Source: Octopus bimaculoides
Lineage: Eukaryota
Direction: 5' to 3'
DNA: 64,000 nucleotides
Assembly (NCBI RefSeq): GCF_001194135.2
Contig: NC_068985.1
Location: forward strand, 104,689,533 to 104,753,532
Position numbers and translations under genes: made by a program
Shown: one piece after another, positions 37,785 through 51,892 of the stretch
Layout of the letters: every line of letters starts with the position of its first letter
How positions within the stretch are numbered: position 1 is the stretch's first letter
Notes under the pieces: model-generated
What the model was told of the DNA's origin: nothing
Databases searched by the model: none
What the model saw: only the letters and a program-made list of their open reading frames with translations

Positions 37785-39716
37785 CTTCAAAGAAAAAAGA
37801 CATTTTTTTTAATAAAATAACATAAAAAGTTTCAGTTTAAATACAATTCATTTCTGATGTGGAAACTTTACATTTTGCAAAATAATTTTAGAATACATGC
37901 TGAGTAAATTATTCTATAGTCTCCAATGTCCAAAGTTTATAACAATTAAGCAAGTACTAAGTTATTTAATTAGGCAATAATTAAAAGCAAACAGAAAATT
38001 GATAAAATAAATGGTAGAATTAAGGATAGGGATTCAAAATGTCATAGATTAAACTAAAAATTTTAAAAGTAGTAAAACTAGAATTACTACCAACCAGACC
38101 AAAGTAACCTGATAATAATAACAGAGTGTAGACAACTGAAAGTAACTTTAATATGATATTGAAGTTTTATATTATTTACTTCTTGTGATTTGGAATTAAT
38201 ATTAACAATCGTAATATTAACTCAAATGTAAAGGTAGTGAGCTGACAGAATCATTAGCACCTGGGACAGAATGTTTTATGGCATTTCTACCAGCTTTATG
38301 TTCTGAGTACAAATTCTGCCAAAATTGGCTTTGCCTTTTATCCATTTGGAATTGATAAAATAAGTACCAGCTGAACACTGGGGTCAATGTAATCAACTAC
38401 TACCCTACTTCCAAATTTCAGGTCCTGTGCCTATAGTAGAAAGAAACAATCTATTAATCCAACTGTAGCTTTAAGTTTCAAAACTCCTGAAAAGGACCCG
38501 TTATCAAAAACAATTTTTAAACATTTTTTATTTGCTTATTTATGCAAAAGTTTCAAGTTTTTAGGTGAGTCTTTGCTATTATTGCCAAAATATTCTACTT
38601 CTGAAGTGTACTTAGAAGTAACCACTCATTAGAAATTCGTCACTTTCTTAATTATACTTTACAGTACAACAGCAGTTGATACAAATCACTACTTTAAGCT
38701 ACAATGTTGTCATACAGTTCAACAAAAATGTTCACAGATTAATGACATAAAAATAGACATCAACAAAATTAACCGCTTCGCTACATTTCTGAGTAGTTTA
38801 TGGAAATCTAGCATATTCTGACTATATAAACAAAACATCCAAACATCACTAAGATAAAAAGCTTTAAGTCTAACATTTCTCAACTCTCTCCAATTCCTCT
38901 GAAAAAAAAAAGCTAGAAATTCACAAATCACAAACTGAGTTATCAGAATATTATAAAACACTGGGTTATCCACTTCAATGTAGACCTAATGCATTAACTT
39001 TAAAAAAAAAGGAGGGCAAAGACAAACAAGAGAACCTTTCGTCATATTATGAAATACAAGGTTTTATATTAAGAAACAAGAATCTCTTCATTATTTTATG
39101 CGTGTTGCTTCGTTCAAGAACTACAAACAACAAATTTTTACATAGCAATAAGTAAATATAAATGTAAGCATTTAAGTTGGGAATGCCTTTAACATTTAAA
39201 TAAGTTTTGAAAGGTTAAGAAATACAGAAAAGACAAATAGAGAGTATGTAACCATTTATCATTGGGAACAGTGGAAAATAATTTAGTTCTGAAAAATTCA
39301 TTTCTCATCATACAAATATATATATACATACACACACACATATATATACAAACACACAAACATATACACACAAACATACACACACACACACAGACATTTG
39401 TATATATCTTTTACTTGTTTCAGTCATTAGACTGTGGCCATGCTGGGGCACTGCCTTCAAGAGTTTCAGTTGTACAGATTGTTTATGGTGATCAAATGTA
39501 TGTGCTGTACATTAGCTCACTTCCTCCATCAAATCACCATTACCCACACAGGTGCAAGTGTGCCACAAGTCGAAAATGATCATAGAGCAACGTGAGATGA
39601 AGTGTTTTGGCTCAAGAACACAATGCACTGCTTGATCTAAGAATTAAAACTATGATTTCATGATCAGAGTGCAACAATCTGACCACTAAGCCATGTGCCT
39701 AAACACATACATACAC

Positions 39717-39751
<35 letters not shown>

Positions 39752-41474
39752 ACACACACACACAGAGACAGGAAGACAATGTATACACACACACAAACAC
39801 ATATGTGTGTTGATCTAATATATTCCACTTTATGTTAGCTACCTTTTAAAAGCTAAGCAATTAGCTGTCTTATAAAGATATATTTTATAGCTGTCTGCCA
39901 TTACTTCTATAGGATATATATATACGATTGTCTACCACAGCTTCTATAACTAAAGTATAGACCTATATTGTCAAAAGACAGAAAACATAAAAATCAAATT
40001 GTTTCTCTAGATTTCTTAAAATAATCTTATGGTAGACTCAGTGCTTTAGATATTTCTAGCATAAAATGTGAAGGTAATTTAAATACAAGACACTCCTTTC
40101 TTATTTTGCTGTTGTTGCTGTATCAAGACAGTTTATTAACTGTAAAAACCTTTTTTGGATTCTAATGGTTGTTTCTAGGATAATTCTAGCAGCTACGTAA
40201 GAATATTCAAAATTTATCACAAAAAATAAAAGACGGAGGATGATATTATGAACCTCGATACCACTTAGAAAAAAAAAATCTGCAGAACTCAAACTTCAAA
40301 AGATGCTCGCAATGAATAAATGGAAGATCAGTTTAAAGTAATACACTAAACAATTACAGTTGGTGTTCTCCATTGCAGCTCACATGAATAGCTTCGTAGA
40401 GATTACACTTGATCAATACAGCAATCAATGGAAGCAAATCAGTTCTTTTTTTATTTCTTTTTATATAGAATTCAAAGTAAAGGAAAAGTAAATAATCAAT
40501 GCTGCCCTTCTAAGTTTCTAAGTACAGACATTATTTTCTTTATTATGTCTGTATAAAACATATCTGGCTAATGAGCAGCACAGAACTACAACGTAAACAT
40601 TTACCTAACTGTACTTGTTGAAACCAGAGAGAACCAATCACATCTTGTCGGGATTTCCTATATTTTCTGAATTTATATTTAAATGATCAAGTTCAATAAT
40701 GCCATAGAGATGTGTATTTAACTAGATGGTATTTGTTTTAATTGTGGCAATTTTCATTATCAAGTTAAGTGACTGAAGACAGAGATAACATGCCAACCAG
40801 TTAACAGACTATGTATCTTAAATATTCCATCTTATTATCTTATAGTAAGATCCTTCTTCTGTGTCCAAGTGGAGATACATGAAATTATTGAAAATACGTA
40901 GCAGTCAGCCAGGGAAAATTAGCCAATGTTATGCTAGCAGTCTATCCAGGAGGAGATTTGTGTCATTTAAAACATTATAGAAACAGAAAATTGCAGGCCC
41001 ATTTTATGCCCACCTTTCATGCTGGCAAGAGTTGAACTGGTCACCATAATTTAAGCTATTACAGGAAGGTCAGAGGATCATACATTTCAGTTTCAGCAGT
41101 ATATTGTAGAGTATTAAAAGATTAAATATTTTGCATGAATTGAAGTTTTAGAAGAGGTTTAAATGAATACTACCATTAACAATAATGATTCCTTATAAAA
41201 TGTTTAAAATGAAAAAAAAAAAAAGGAAAAGAAAATAACGAATCATATTTTACATCCACTTTTTAATGTTGGCATGGGTTGGACAGGTCACAACATTCAT
41301 CAAGATCTCCATCTTACATACACAGAGAAAATCAGACAGGTTTGTAGTTGTGTGTCTTACAGTGTATACATGCCACCTGCACTAAATAGGTTATCCCATG
41401 CAAGAGAACTAGAGAATAAAGATGCCCCCTCTACACAGCATCAGTTCTTAATCAGAATCATTTTGACTTACCTC

Positions 41475-41615
41475 TCATCTTGTGAGGACTAAATGCTGCA
41501 GCTGCATTACTGTGCCAGCACCTGCACATCTAGCATCAAATTCAACCTCCCACTCACCATCACTCATGAATACAGCCCTGAGATACTGAAACTTCTCCAT
41601 TTGTTTCAATGACAT
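41475..41615 (-). mobile_element. RTE (Expander/Rex3-like) RT fragment
   Basis: FQYLRAVFMSDGEWEVEFDARCAGAGTVMQ resembles FKYLG.LF.S.G..E.EID.RI.AA..VM. Confidence 0.55.
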
Positions 41616-42786
41616 TCCACAGCAGAGTGCACTGGGGAGACTTCATTTAATTAATTATCTTTTACTTGTTTCATTGCCCCAGCATGGGGCATTGCCTTGA
41701 AGAGATTTTAGTAGAATGAATTGATCCCTGATATTTTTTCTATCAGGCCCTTTTGCTGAACCACTAATTTACAGGAATGTAAATACACCAACACCAATTG
41801 TCAAGAGGTGGCAAGGAGGGGGGGGGGACAAAGATACACACTCATATACAATGGGCTTTTTTCAGTTTCCATCTACCAAATCAACTTATAAGGTTTTGGT
41901 CAGCATGAAGCTATAGAAGACACTTGCCCAAGGTGCCCCATGCAATGAGATAGAACATGGAATCATGTGGTTGGAAAGCAAGCTTCTTACCACACAGAGA
42001 AGCCTGTGCCTATAATTAGTATATATTTATATAGAACACTGTAAATCAGAATACCTGAAGCATGTATAACAGATAAATCTACAGCTATCTACATTATACA
42101 TGTTCCAGGTATTCTGCTATACACAGTCCTTACACACATGCACCCTCGTTTTGGGATCACTACTACTTTGTTATCTCCCCTTCTTCTTAACTCTCCTGTG
42201 TGACCCTTCTGTCCGGCATTCACCATGATAGATTGCTAACCACTACACACATTTTTTTTCTCTCCTTGTTTCTTTCTATGGAAGAGCGTAGGCTCGAAAT
42301 GTTAAAGACTTTTTCAATTCCCGAGTGTTATACTAATACAGCTATTTGTTTTCTACACCACCTGTCTTCGTCTGTTATTTTTTTGTGAATTCTCCCTATA
42401 TATATATATATATNNNNNNNNNNNNNNNNNNNNNNNNNNNNNNNNNNNTATTCATCAAATATGTTACCTGCAAATCAGGAAGGCAATGCCTGTACTCTAA
42501 TAAATTAAATGTAGTGGTTTAAATTTCTACTGCGCAGAGTTGTCTAAAGAATAAAGTGCATCTTCTCTAAAAAGATGACAAATAACTGTAAATTTATCTA
42601 GATCACATGTTTTCAGTTTTATAGATTTCTTCTAAATTTTTAACTTAAAATAATTTTATTTAACTTTCCATGTGAAGCACAACAGTTACTTTTAGCTTTC
42701 CATGCAAAGTGAGTAACTAAATTTTTTTTTATTTGATCTCCAGCACATGACAAAGCCAAAAAAATTTAGAATGGCTATTCTACATA

Positions 42787-43022
42787 TTAACCCTTTTGGG
42801 ACCATAGTTCAAATGAAATATATTGTGGTCAAATTAATTTTTTCAGTAATCAAAGAGTTTAGAGGATTTTCATTATTAATATTCATGTATAATTTTTAAA
42901 AAATGTTCTTACATAAAATTACGATATTCAATATTGATTTAAATATAATGACCAGTTTAAAAGTAAGTGACTTTGTACCACAGGAGAGACATTCTAGGGT
43001 GGGTTAGTATCAAAAGGGTTAA
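42787..43022. mobile_element. TTAA-flanked piggyBac-like MITE, family C
   Basis: ttaa-cccttttg ... caaaaggg-ttaa, with an interior unlike families A and B. Confidence 0.65.
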
Positions 43023-43399
43023 ACAACAGTTTCAACTTGCATAATTTCCAGCTTTATTGATCAAAAGAATAAAGAAACAGCAACACTTGGTTAAATAGCA
43101 TACACAAAAAACTCAAATAACAATTGACATTATCAGAGTGAAAAATTATGATTATTTAAATTTAACATGCATTTAGTTAAAAAAAAAAAGAAGATTAAAA
43201 TGCTGATAAATTTAACATTTTCCAGAAATGTTTCTATGTATATTTGTGCACTAAAAAAAGGATTTTCTATCAAACAAAAGCTTGCAGCCTCTTGTATTTA
43301 TGTGTATATATATATATAGGTATATTAAATAAACATGCATTCGCAGAAACACGCATCCAATTTCCAGGTCAATGCGAGTGAGAGAGAGAGAGAGAGAAG

Positions 43400-46105
43400 G
43401 AGGTGGTGGAGAAGTGTAGAAGAGAGAGATATTACACCCAAAAAGTAATAATGACCAAAGAGGAATAATCATCATGGCTGGTGACTTTAATGGATATATT
43501 GTGCAGCACTATGATAGCTAAACCAGAGAACATGATGGTTATGGACAGGAGGATGGATCGAGGCTTAGGTTTGGGACACAAATAACATAGCCATCTGCAA
43601 AGGAAATCAGCCAATCATTTAATCACCTACAAAACCAGGTGAACACATAAGCTGGAGAGACTTCATGCTCACCAAAAAACATAAAAGTTAGAGAGTTGCA
43701 AATGCTAAGTCTTTCACCAGAGCAAACTATGCCACTCGATAAAGATAAGAGCTAAGTAAACAATACACAAAGGTTCTTTCAGTTTTCACACCTTTCTTCT
43801 CCAAAAGGAAGCTGAAAGAACCCTCAATAGGTTTTGGGAGGTTCTAGGTGACATTTACGACAAAAAAGAGGAGATAAGGGCTTATAATGCAGAGGACAAC
43901 TGGGAGTTTCTATCAGATAACCAAGTCAAAGATGTAATCAATGGTTGGAGCAATCAAACAAAAAGTGACATATTAGTGGAATAATATTATAGTTAGAACT
44001 ATAAAGGCTAAGAGAGTCGCTCATAAAGACAAAGAAAATGGCAACAAAGAACAATATGCTGACAAGTTACAAGAATAGCTAATCACAGAGAGAAGCTAAA
44101 AAGAAGAGGTTTGCCAATGTTCTACAATATGAGGATTAAAGGCATGATGTACCCCAGATTGCAAATCAGTATGTCAGAGTAATCCAGATGACAGAGATGA
44201 AATTATCCTCATCAATGATGATGAGAAAAGATTTCAAAACGTTACAACAGACTGCAAAATGTGGAGAATGTAGGGAAAAAGAGGGTCTATTCTATGCAGG
44301 CTGAACAGAGGGACCAACTTACATGACAGTTATATTGTTGAAATAGCCCATCACTCTTTAGCATCCAGATTACACTGTCAAATGTAATGCTTATTTATTC
44401 ACATTGTTTTGAATCAAATCATGGATTATCTTGTAACTTTGAGATTTCGATAATGTGATTGTTTATTTTTACAATGATATTGTAGGGTAGGTGAGATAGG
44501 TTGGATCTGGCCAGTTTGAACATAAAACAGAATATTTTGGCTGGATATGACCGGTTTAAATGCAAAAGGGTTAAGGATATGAATGTAGGCAAAGCTACCA
44601 GACCACTTGCGATAGTAACTGAGATGCTGAAAATATCCAGGGAAGTGGAGCTCAAGCTAGTTACTTATATGGTCAACAAGGGAATATGGGGAGGGAGAAG
44701 TGTCATACCCAACGACTGGCACAGCTATATCATGGCCAACTTCTGTAAAAGCAAAGAGAAAATGGTCTAGAAAGAAGTCAACATAGAGTTATTAAATTGA
44801 TGAACCAAGTTATGGAAGTACCAGAAAGAATTTTAGAACAAGTGATTAGAAAGAGAAAGCTTAGATGAGAGTTTATATTTGTGCCAAGTTAGAAGTGTCA
44901 CTGATTCCTTCATCCTGTGGAGATAACTATGAGAGATATTCTTAACTATGAGTAAACCACTCTATTAAGCATTCACTGATCTGGAGAAGGACTTGGACAG
45001 GATACTGGCCGTCTTTAAGAAAACAAAATTTAGATGAGTGCTTTGTGAGCAGTGTGAAAGTTATGTCCAAAGATGTTAAGAGTTGGCAGTGTGCAGAAAG
45101 GTATCTACCAAGATTCAGTTCTCAGTCTATTCCTATTTACTACTGCTCTTTGAGCTATAAGAGAGGCATTTAAGACTGGGTTTTTTCCAGAGGAAATCTT
45201 GTGCACTAATGACCCAGTTCTCATAGCTGAATCTACAAAAGACTCAGGGAAGAAAATGTAGCAAAATTTAGAGACAAGAGGTCTTGAAGTAAACTTAGCA
45301 AAAACTGAAGCCTTGACAAGAAAGAAGACAGAACTTGGTTGTCATCAGGTAAGTGGTTATGCTGACTATGCAGGAAAAAAGAATAGGTAAGAACTCAGTG
45401 TATGTGATAAATATAAACTAAGGCTGCACAAAATGTAATGGGATCATAAACAGACTGGCAAAAACCCATTCTTCAAATGTGGCAAATGCACAGGAATAGT
45501 TAGCAGTAAAACCACCAATGAAATAAATTCTTTCTGATGTTCAGAAGGTTTCATTAAATTCATTTATTGTATTTGTTACTTAAGTGACTTGATTAACAGT
45601 GGAAGAATTGCTCCAATCAGAGTAAGATCAGAATGGGAAAAGGTCAGGGAGCCATTTCTTTCTACAAATGAAAGGTAGATTGTAGGCTGCTTGTGTATAA
45701 AATGCAGTGCTGCATGGAAGCAAGACATAGACATTCAAAACAGAGGATGTGGTGCAGAAGCTAGAAAGAAGAAATAAAGCAAGCAAACCCTTGGACTGTA
45801 ATGTTAGTGTGCATAAAGGATGCAGCGCATGTGAGCTGAGAGAATTACTGAATACAAAGAAAAGTAGATTAGTGAAGAAGAGACTGGATTGGAAGGGACA
45901 TGTAATGCATATGGATGGTAGATAGATAAAGAAATGTCAGGAGATCCAAATGGAAGAAACCTATGGAAGAGGAAAACTGAGGAAGATATGGGAAGAAGTG
46001 GAAAAAGCTAATCTAAGTAGGCTAATTCTCAGAAAGGAGATGACAAAGGAATGCAGCAAGTGGCAGATGGTTGAAAAAGACCCACCCGACTCATGGAGGA
46101 GGAGG
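43400..46105 (+). mobile_element. Degraded RTE-clade LINE (endonuclease plus RT)
   Basis: Ordered remnants IMAGDFNG, HLITYK, DWHSYI, IKLMNQVM..PERILE, FTDLEKDLDR, YQDSVLSLFLF, KGRL*AACV..AVLHGS.T; many stops and frameshifts; ends at (CA)n. Confidence 0.8.
44351..44574. mobile_element. MITE family A copy nested inside the RTE fossil
   Basis: Matches 7492-7712; ends tgcaaaaggg-ttaa. Confidence 0.65.
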
Positions 46106-46113
46106 ACATTATG

Positions 46114-46161
<48 letters not shown>

Positions 46162-46702
46162 TTATAGAAGGCTATAGCTTGTACTTCCCTGTTCCTTGAT
46201 GCCTATCTGGAAAAATGAACAAGAAACCATGCTAGACCCATCCTATCAGAGTTCCTATAATTCAACAATAACAGGCAAGGTTAAAAATGGAGGAGTTTTG
46301 ACAGAGAGCAGATAATATCCCACTTTAAAGTAATTCTCAGTGAAAACAACGTTCTGAACAATTGTTTTTCTAAAGATCAAATGTAAGACTAGCTTTTTCC
46401 CCATTTATATTAAAGAGTTTAATAAATTACATGAACAAAAATTTAAATTGCTTCTATTAACAGTCACTGCATTTCTCTCCTGTCTGGAACATTTATCAGC
46501 TTGCAGCCAAAGTCACAACACAAAACCTCTCTCTTTCTCTCTCTCATTCCAAGACCACAAATCATTAAATTTCCCCCTCCTCACAGCAATTGAACTGATC
46601 AAACTCTTCCATATCTAGAACATTACTGTTTCTATATACATAAATATCCAAGAATGCATTAAAAAAAAGTAATAAAATTTCTCTTCTTTTTGTCTCTTCT
46701 AA

Positions 46703-46749
<47 letters not shown>

Positions 46750-48040
46750 ATCTTCTGAAACAGCACACTACGTACCACAACTACCTAAGTTCACCTGCCT
46801 CTTCTCCTCTTCCTCTTCTTATTACGGGTTCCATGTTACAACTTTGTTTAACCATACCCACAACCACCATAAAAGTCTGACTTTTGAAACTCCTTTTCCC
46901 TTCCCACCCAACCAAAATATCACTTTACAGAAGATAAAAGTTAAATATCAACTACATTAATCTCCCTAGCCTGGGATTATCTGCAGCAAACAATACTGAC
47001 ACTGCCCCTCTTCCTTTAATTGAATAAAATATATCTATTAGGTATGGATGGAATATGTGGATTGGAGCCAAAGTAGAGAGGATATGAAAAGGAGAGAGAC
47101 AGGTACATCGTGTGTGTGTGTGTGTGCACGCATCCTGTGTGTTTTATAAAGGCAGTACAGTATAACCAAATTTACAAAGATTCAAGTTGAAGATGGTATA
47201 GTAACAGTTATGGAGATACAGAGAAGACAGCTCAACTGCTTATCAAGAAGATGTAATTATGTATGATGTAGTCAAGAAGGTGTTTTGTTTCTGGATGCTT
47301 ATGAAAGTCAACAGCGCTTTAGTGAAGGATGTCTTTGTGTTCAATAAAGGATCAGCAGGTATCATGTTTTCTGGCATAGAAGTTGAATTTTTCACACCAA
47401 AATTTACAACTGAAAAACAGGTCAAGTTATACACCTAAACAACTTCGAAAGACCAAAAACTCCATGTGAAATGCAGCAGGATTTGGAAAGATAGTCACAA
47501 TATTTGAATATTTGAACTACATGTTTACATTATATTCTATGTTGACTTGTATGCCAGAAAATACCGTACTCCAAATTTGAACATTCCCATACTAAAAAGG
47601 AAAAAATTATTGTTTATTAATCTTTCTATTTTTAGAACGGAAGGTCTCATCCAAAGTTATCAAGGATTGTAAAACTTAGTTTATGTGTCATGAATATGAA
47701 AAATGGGGTGTTGTTAGGGTGCTTTCTAGAGATATGTTGTGTATATTTTGCTCCTATTGAATGTGAATAGGTAGTTGAGTGCTCAGTGAAAGATGTTTTT
47801 GTGTTTCCATTCATGAAAGATATTCCAACTTGATAGAAAGGAGCTGAGATTTCACATAGATGAAGTTTGTGTGCTGAAAGAGCAGTAGGTGAATGAGGGG
47901 GGCATTATTATAAGAATATATGCCAAAAGGATTTATGCAGTGAGAAGGTCATAAATTAAAAATATAAGATATAATAGAATAAAAGATATGACCAAAATCT
48001 GAAGCTGGAACAGAACTTTAAAGCAATGAAATATTTAATA

Positions 48041-49330
48041 CCATAAAAACCCATGTAATTTATGCACTTTTTTCCACAAAAATAAAAATAAACTCTAGGG
48101 GTTGTGTAAATTGCATGAGTAGATTGCTTCCAGGATTTTTTTGGAAATTTTTTTTGTTGCAAAATGATGTACAAAATGTAAACATTTGTACCGAAAGTTG
48201 ACTCATTTAACGTCTGAATAGGTTTTTACAGAAAAAATAATAGCTTAAATATAATGAAGTTGACTTTTATTTATGCTGGACGGTATAATGCTTACTTATT
48301 CTGTATAAATTTACTAAAACTATTAAATAGTTAACTACTTTTTGAAGTCTGACGTTCATGCTGGTAAACACGGTTCAGGTCATATCTTACATTGCTTGGA
48401 GTTTCTACCTATCGCAATGGAGCATCATTGATATACATAGAGATATGGATATTCCTGACGGCAAAAAATATAATGATATGGATAATCTTGATTGTATGTT
48501 TTTATTTTTGTCTGTTTATTACTAGGCACAGTTTTAAGTATGTCAAATTGCTTACGCCAATTTTGAACATTGGCTTCATTAACATTAAAATGCCTTCTGG
48601 CAGCTCTATTGCCACATTCAAACGCATATTCAACACATTTAATTTCTCCTTTGCACTAAGCGGTTCATAAGTTCTGCCCATACTGACAATAATGGTAATG
48701 ACAAACTTTTAAGTTCGCTTGACATTTTATAAGTGTGAAAGAGATTAAAAATTCACTACTCCCTATCAAAGGTTCCAACAAGAATAGGTGGAAAAGAATT
48801 CTGTTTACATAACCAGTCTGATCTGTCACCTTCCTCTGTCGGTTGAGTAAAGTGCCATCCAAGCTGATCTTTATTGGTAATTATACTTAAATTGCAACAC
48901 CTGTGCGTATTAATCAGCCTTGTTTTTGTTGGTAATTCTTATCAACAACTTTTCCTGTGATCGTGATCTGAGAAGACTTACAACAGTATGCTAAAGATCA
49001 GACATAATTTCTTGTGGACAAGAAATGTAAAATAAAGTTTATTATAAACAATACAAACACATTGTAATTTAACAGCTTTCAATGTGATACCTGTTAAACA
49101 GAAATTATTTTTATTTACTGAAAATTTAACAAAAACTAATCATAAGTAAGTGAAATTATATGCTAAATACAACTAAATTGAAAACCATTTTTTTCCCTTG
49201 GCAATATTGACAATTCTGAAAACTTTGAGATGCGAATTTTACATGAGTAGAAGCTTTTTTTAACAAATTTTATCCTGAAAAATCATCTGTGCAAATTACA
49301 CAGGTACACAAATTACATGGGTTTTTATGG
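48041..49330 (-). mobile_element. Pogo-family non-autonomous DNA transposon with Brinker-type HTH remnant
   Basis: TA-flanked TIRs with 21 identical terminal bases (ccataaaaacccatgtaattt); 48681-48510 encodes MGRTYEPLSAKEKLN/VEYAFECGNRAARRHFNVNEANVQNWRKQ with one frameshift near 48635. Confidence 0.75.
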
Positions 49331-50392
49331 TAATTAGGACAACATATAAGATTCAAAATTAAATAAAGCATTTTAGAAAACAAAAAATTTCCCTGGTCTT
49401 TTCTGCAAGCATTACACATTATATAGGCAAATAGGTAAGGACCATTCTTAAAGAGTCAAATTTATATTTTATTTTCAATTACATTCTTTCAATAGTTAAT
49501 GAAATTCAACTTGATAATGTCTCTAGATTATAGACTTAGCAATTAGTACAATTAATAACTGCAAAAACTAAATATATATTCTATACTTTCTTTCATATGC
49601 ATCTGTATATGCATGTTAACATACACATATATGATATTAACATATATGTGATATATACATATACAAAATAACAAAGGCATGTGTATGTCACAATGTAAAA
49701 CATTTGTACTGCATGATGTATGTATTAGGTATACATGCAACCACATATGGGTGTGTCATTGCATGTGCACAAGAGTGTGTGTGTGTGTGCGTGTGCGTGT
49801 ACAAAATAATCCCGACTTTAAAAAGTACAATTATCAAAGAGAGAGAGAGAGAGAGAGAAAGATTGAAAAAAAAAACGCAAAAGCAAAGGATGGCAGGTGA
49901 GGAGGGAGTGATTTCTTGTTTATCCCAATATAAAAACATAATTCTACAGAAAGTCTTTGGAATAAAAAGGATTTTTTTTTTTTTAGATAAAGCTTAGAAA
50001 GAGAGTGGAACAATTGTAGGTAACCAACACCATCAAAAACAATTCATAAACAACAATCCAGTAAAGATACCAACCAACTGTTAAGCATTAAAATTCAAGA
50101 AACTATTTCTGTGCATATGAAACCAAAACATACTCTCAAGGATGAAGAAAAGAAAAGAAAAGAATATCAGAAGAATATGATGGAGCTTAAGCAAGAGAAT
50201 AATTAAAACAAAGACCCAGAGAATAGTAAGCTTTAGAATGGAATGAATATGAATATTTGTTTTCCTCAACCATAGAAAATGAAAAGAAAATAAAGTGGGA
50301 GGGATCAAACACATACACAGACTGAAAATATTAAATAAAAAAAAAAGATTTTTCAAAAAAAGAATTACCAGCTGGGATTTCAAGAAACTAAC

Positions 50393-50491
50393 CTGCCAAA
50401 GAAAAGCAACCTGTGGGATACAGTTTGCTTGATATTGTTCGAGTCATCCCATTTGAGTCTGAAGCTTTCTGAGACTTCTCTGAAGGGGTAG
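50393..50491 (-). CDS. Arfip: Probable arfaptin N-terminal exon (ATPSEKSQKASDSNGMTRTISSKLYPTGCFSLA)
   Basis: ttttttctggttag|ct phase 1, donor gcag|gttagt phase 1, 99 nt, joins 37588 in frame; alternative in-frame donor at 50411. Confidence 0.55.
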
Positions 50492-51892
50492 CTAACCAGA
50501 AAAAAAGCACATTCAATAACATTTCACACCAGTTATTGAAAACTTCCCAAAAACACCCACGCATACACACACATTTGCACAAACATATCAAGCAACAGGA
50601 AATTAAAGTATTAATTAATTGAATTTATTAACTAGTAGACAATAAAATTTTTAAAATATTTGTTATTTGTTATATAAAACTCTTATTTGAAAACAAATAT
50701 CAAATCATTATTACATGTCTAAATATCAGATTCATCATCATTATTTTAACAGCTATTATTTATTTATTTATATTATCTATTTAATTTTCATGTTATTATA
50801 TGTCGATTAAGTCTGCAATACAGAATCACTCAATCATTTCATCAGATCATTAGTTGAAACTGCTTTTTGATGATCAAATGATTGTATGAACAAAACCTCG
50901 TTTAAATCTGAAAATTCTATTTAATATAAAATCTATTTGTTCATGAATTTAAATTTTATTTATTTATATGAAATTTCTTCAGTAGGACGTTTATCAGAGT
51001 GGAGGAGTATCAGGTTACAATAAAAAAATTTTTAAATTCCTTATCAGTCAAATAGGAAAATACTGAAAATATCAGATTTCTAAAAGAAATACCAGGTGTA
51101 TGTGCATAAATGTAATTTGTAATGATAGGTTAGCAGCCAACACAAATACAAAACAATCATTGATGATTTCTATTAACAAAAAAAGAAAAATAAGAAGCAC
51201 CCAAAAGAAACACAAAAAAATAACATAGTTTAATATTTTTCCTGAACATTTCAAAGCACTAATTTTAACAAAACAAAAAGAAAAAAAGAACAAAGTCAAA
51301 TAAATAAAAGGAAGTGCACATTAAAATATTAATTCTATTTGTTCTTGTAGCTGCATTTTTTTTTTTATAGGAAGAGTTAAGAATATAAAGTAATTTCCTT
51401 TCATTTCAAGTACATCCTCTTTCAGCAGTTAACAACCATGTATTATTTACCTTAACTAAATTGAAAGCAGACTTATTTCCCATACTATGAACAAAGTGAT
51501 TATGTCAATGATTATGCTTTATGTTCATTGTGCAGCCACCTTCAAAACTATCAATCAGCAACCCAACTTTCTGCCCCAGTATTTTCACCAACAACATACA
51601 CTGGTCACTCAACCTGCTAGATATAACAGCCAAATCTATCATATCACAATCTCCTAACCCTTTTGCTACCAACCCTTCTGAGACTAGGTCCAATGACAGA
51701 AACTTCCAGCTTCAAAATGACCTAAATTAAAATCTTCCATCAAAATTTCATGTTTATCTATTTTCCAAACAGTAGATTTATAATAACAGTTATTTCATAA
51801 AAGTCTTCATTATTTTCTAAATTAATTGAAACAAAAGCAGTGTAGACAAGTAATATTCATAGCCACTTTAACATGGACTTTACTGCAATTTT

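Noticed and set aside
40605-40666. AG/GT-bounded 62-nt segment in the arfaptin intron
   Set aside because: Not a multiple of three and has a stop in phase 1
47243-47434. Minus-strand ORF with a phase-1 acceptor inside the arfaptin intron
   Set aside because: No credible donor before the stop and no arfaptin similarity
48665-48862. LDGTLLN resembling a HAD/Cof phosphatase motif I
   Set aside because: Lacks the first Asp (SLDGT) and any downstream HAD motifs, and lies inside the pogo element
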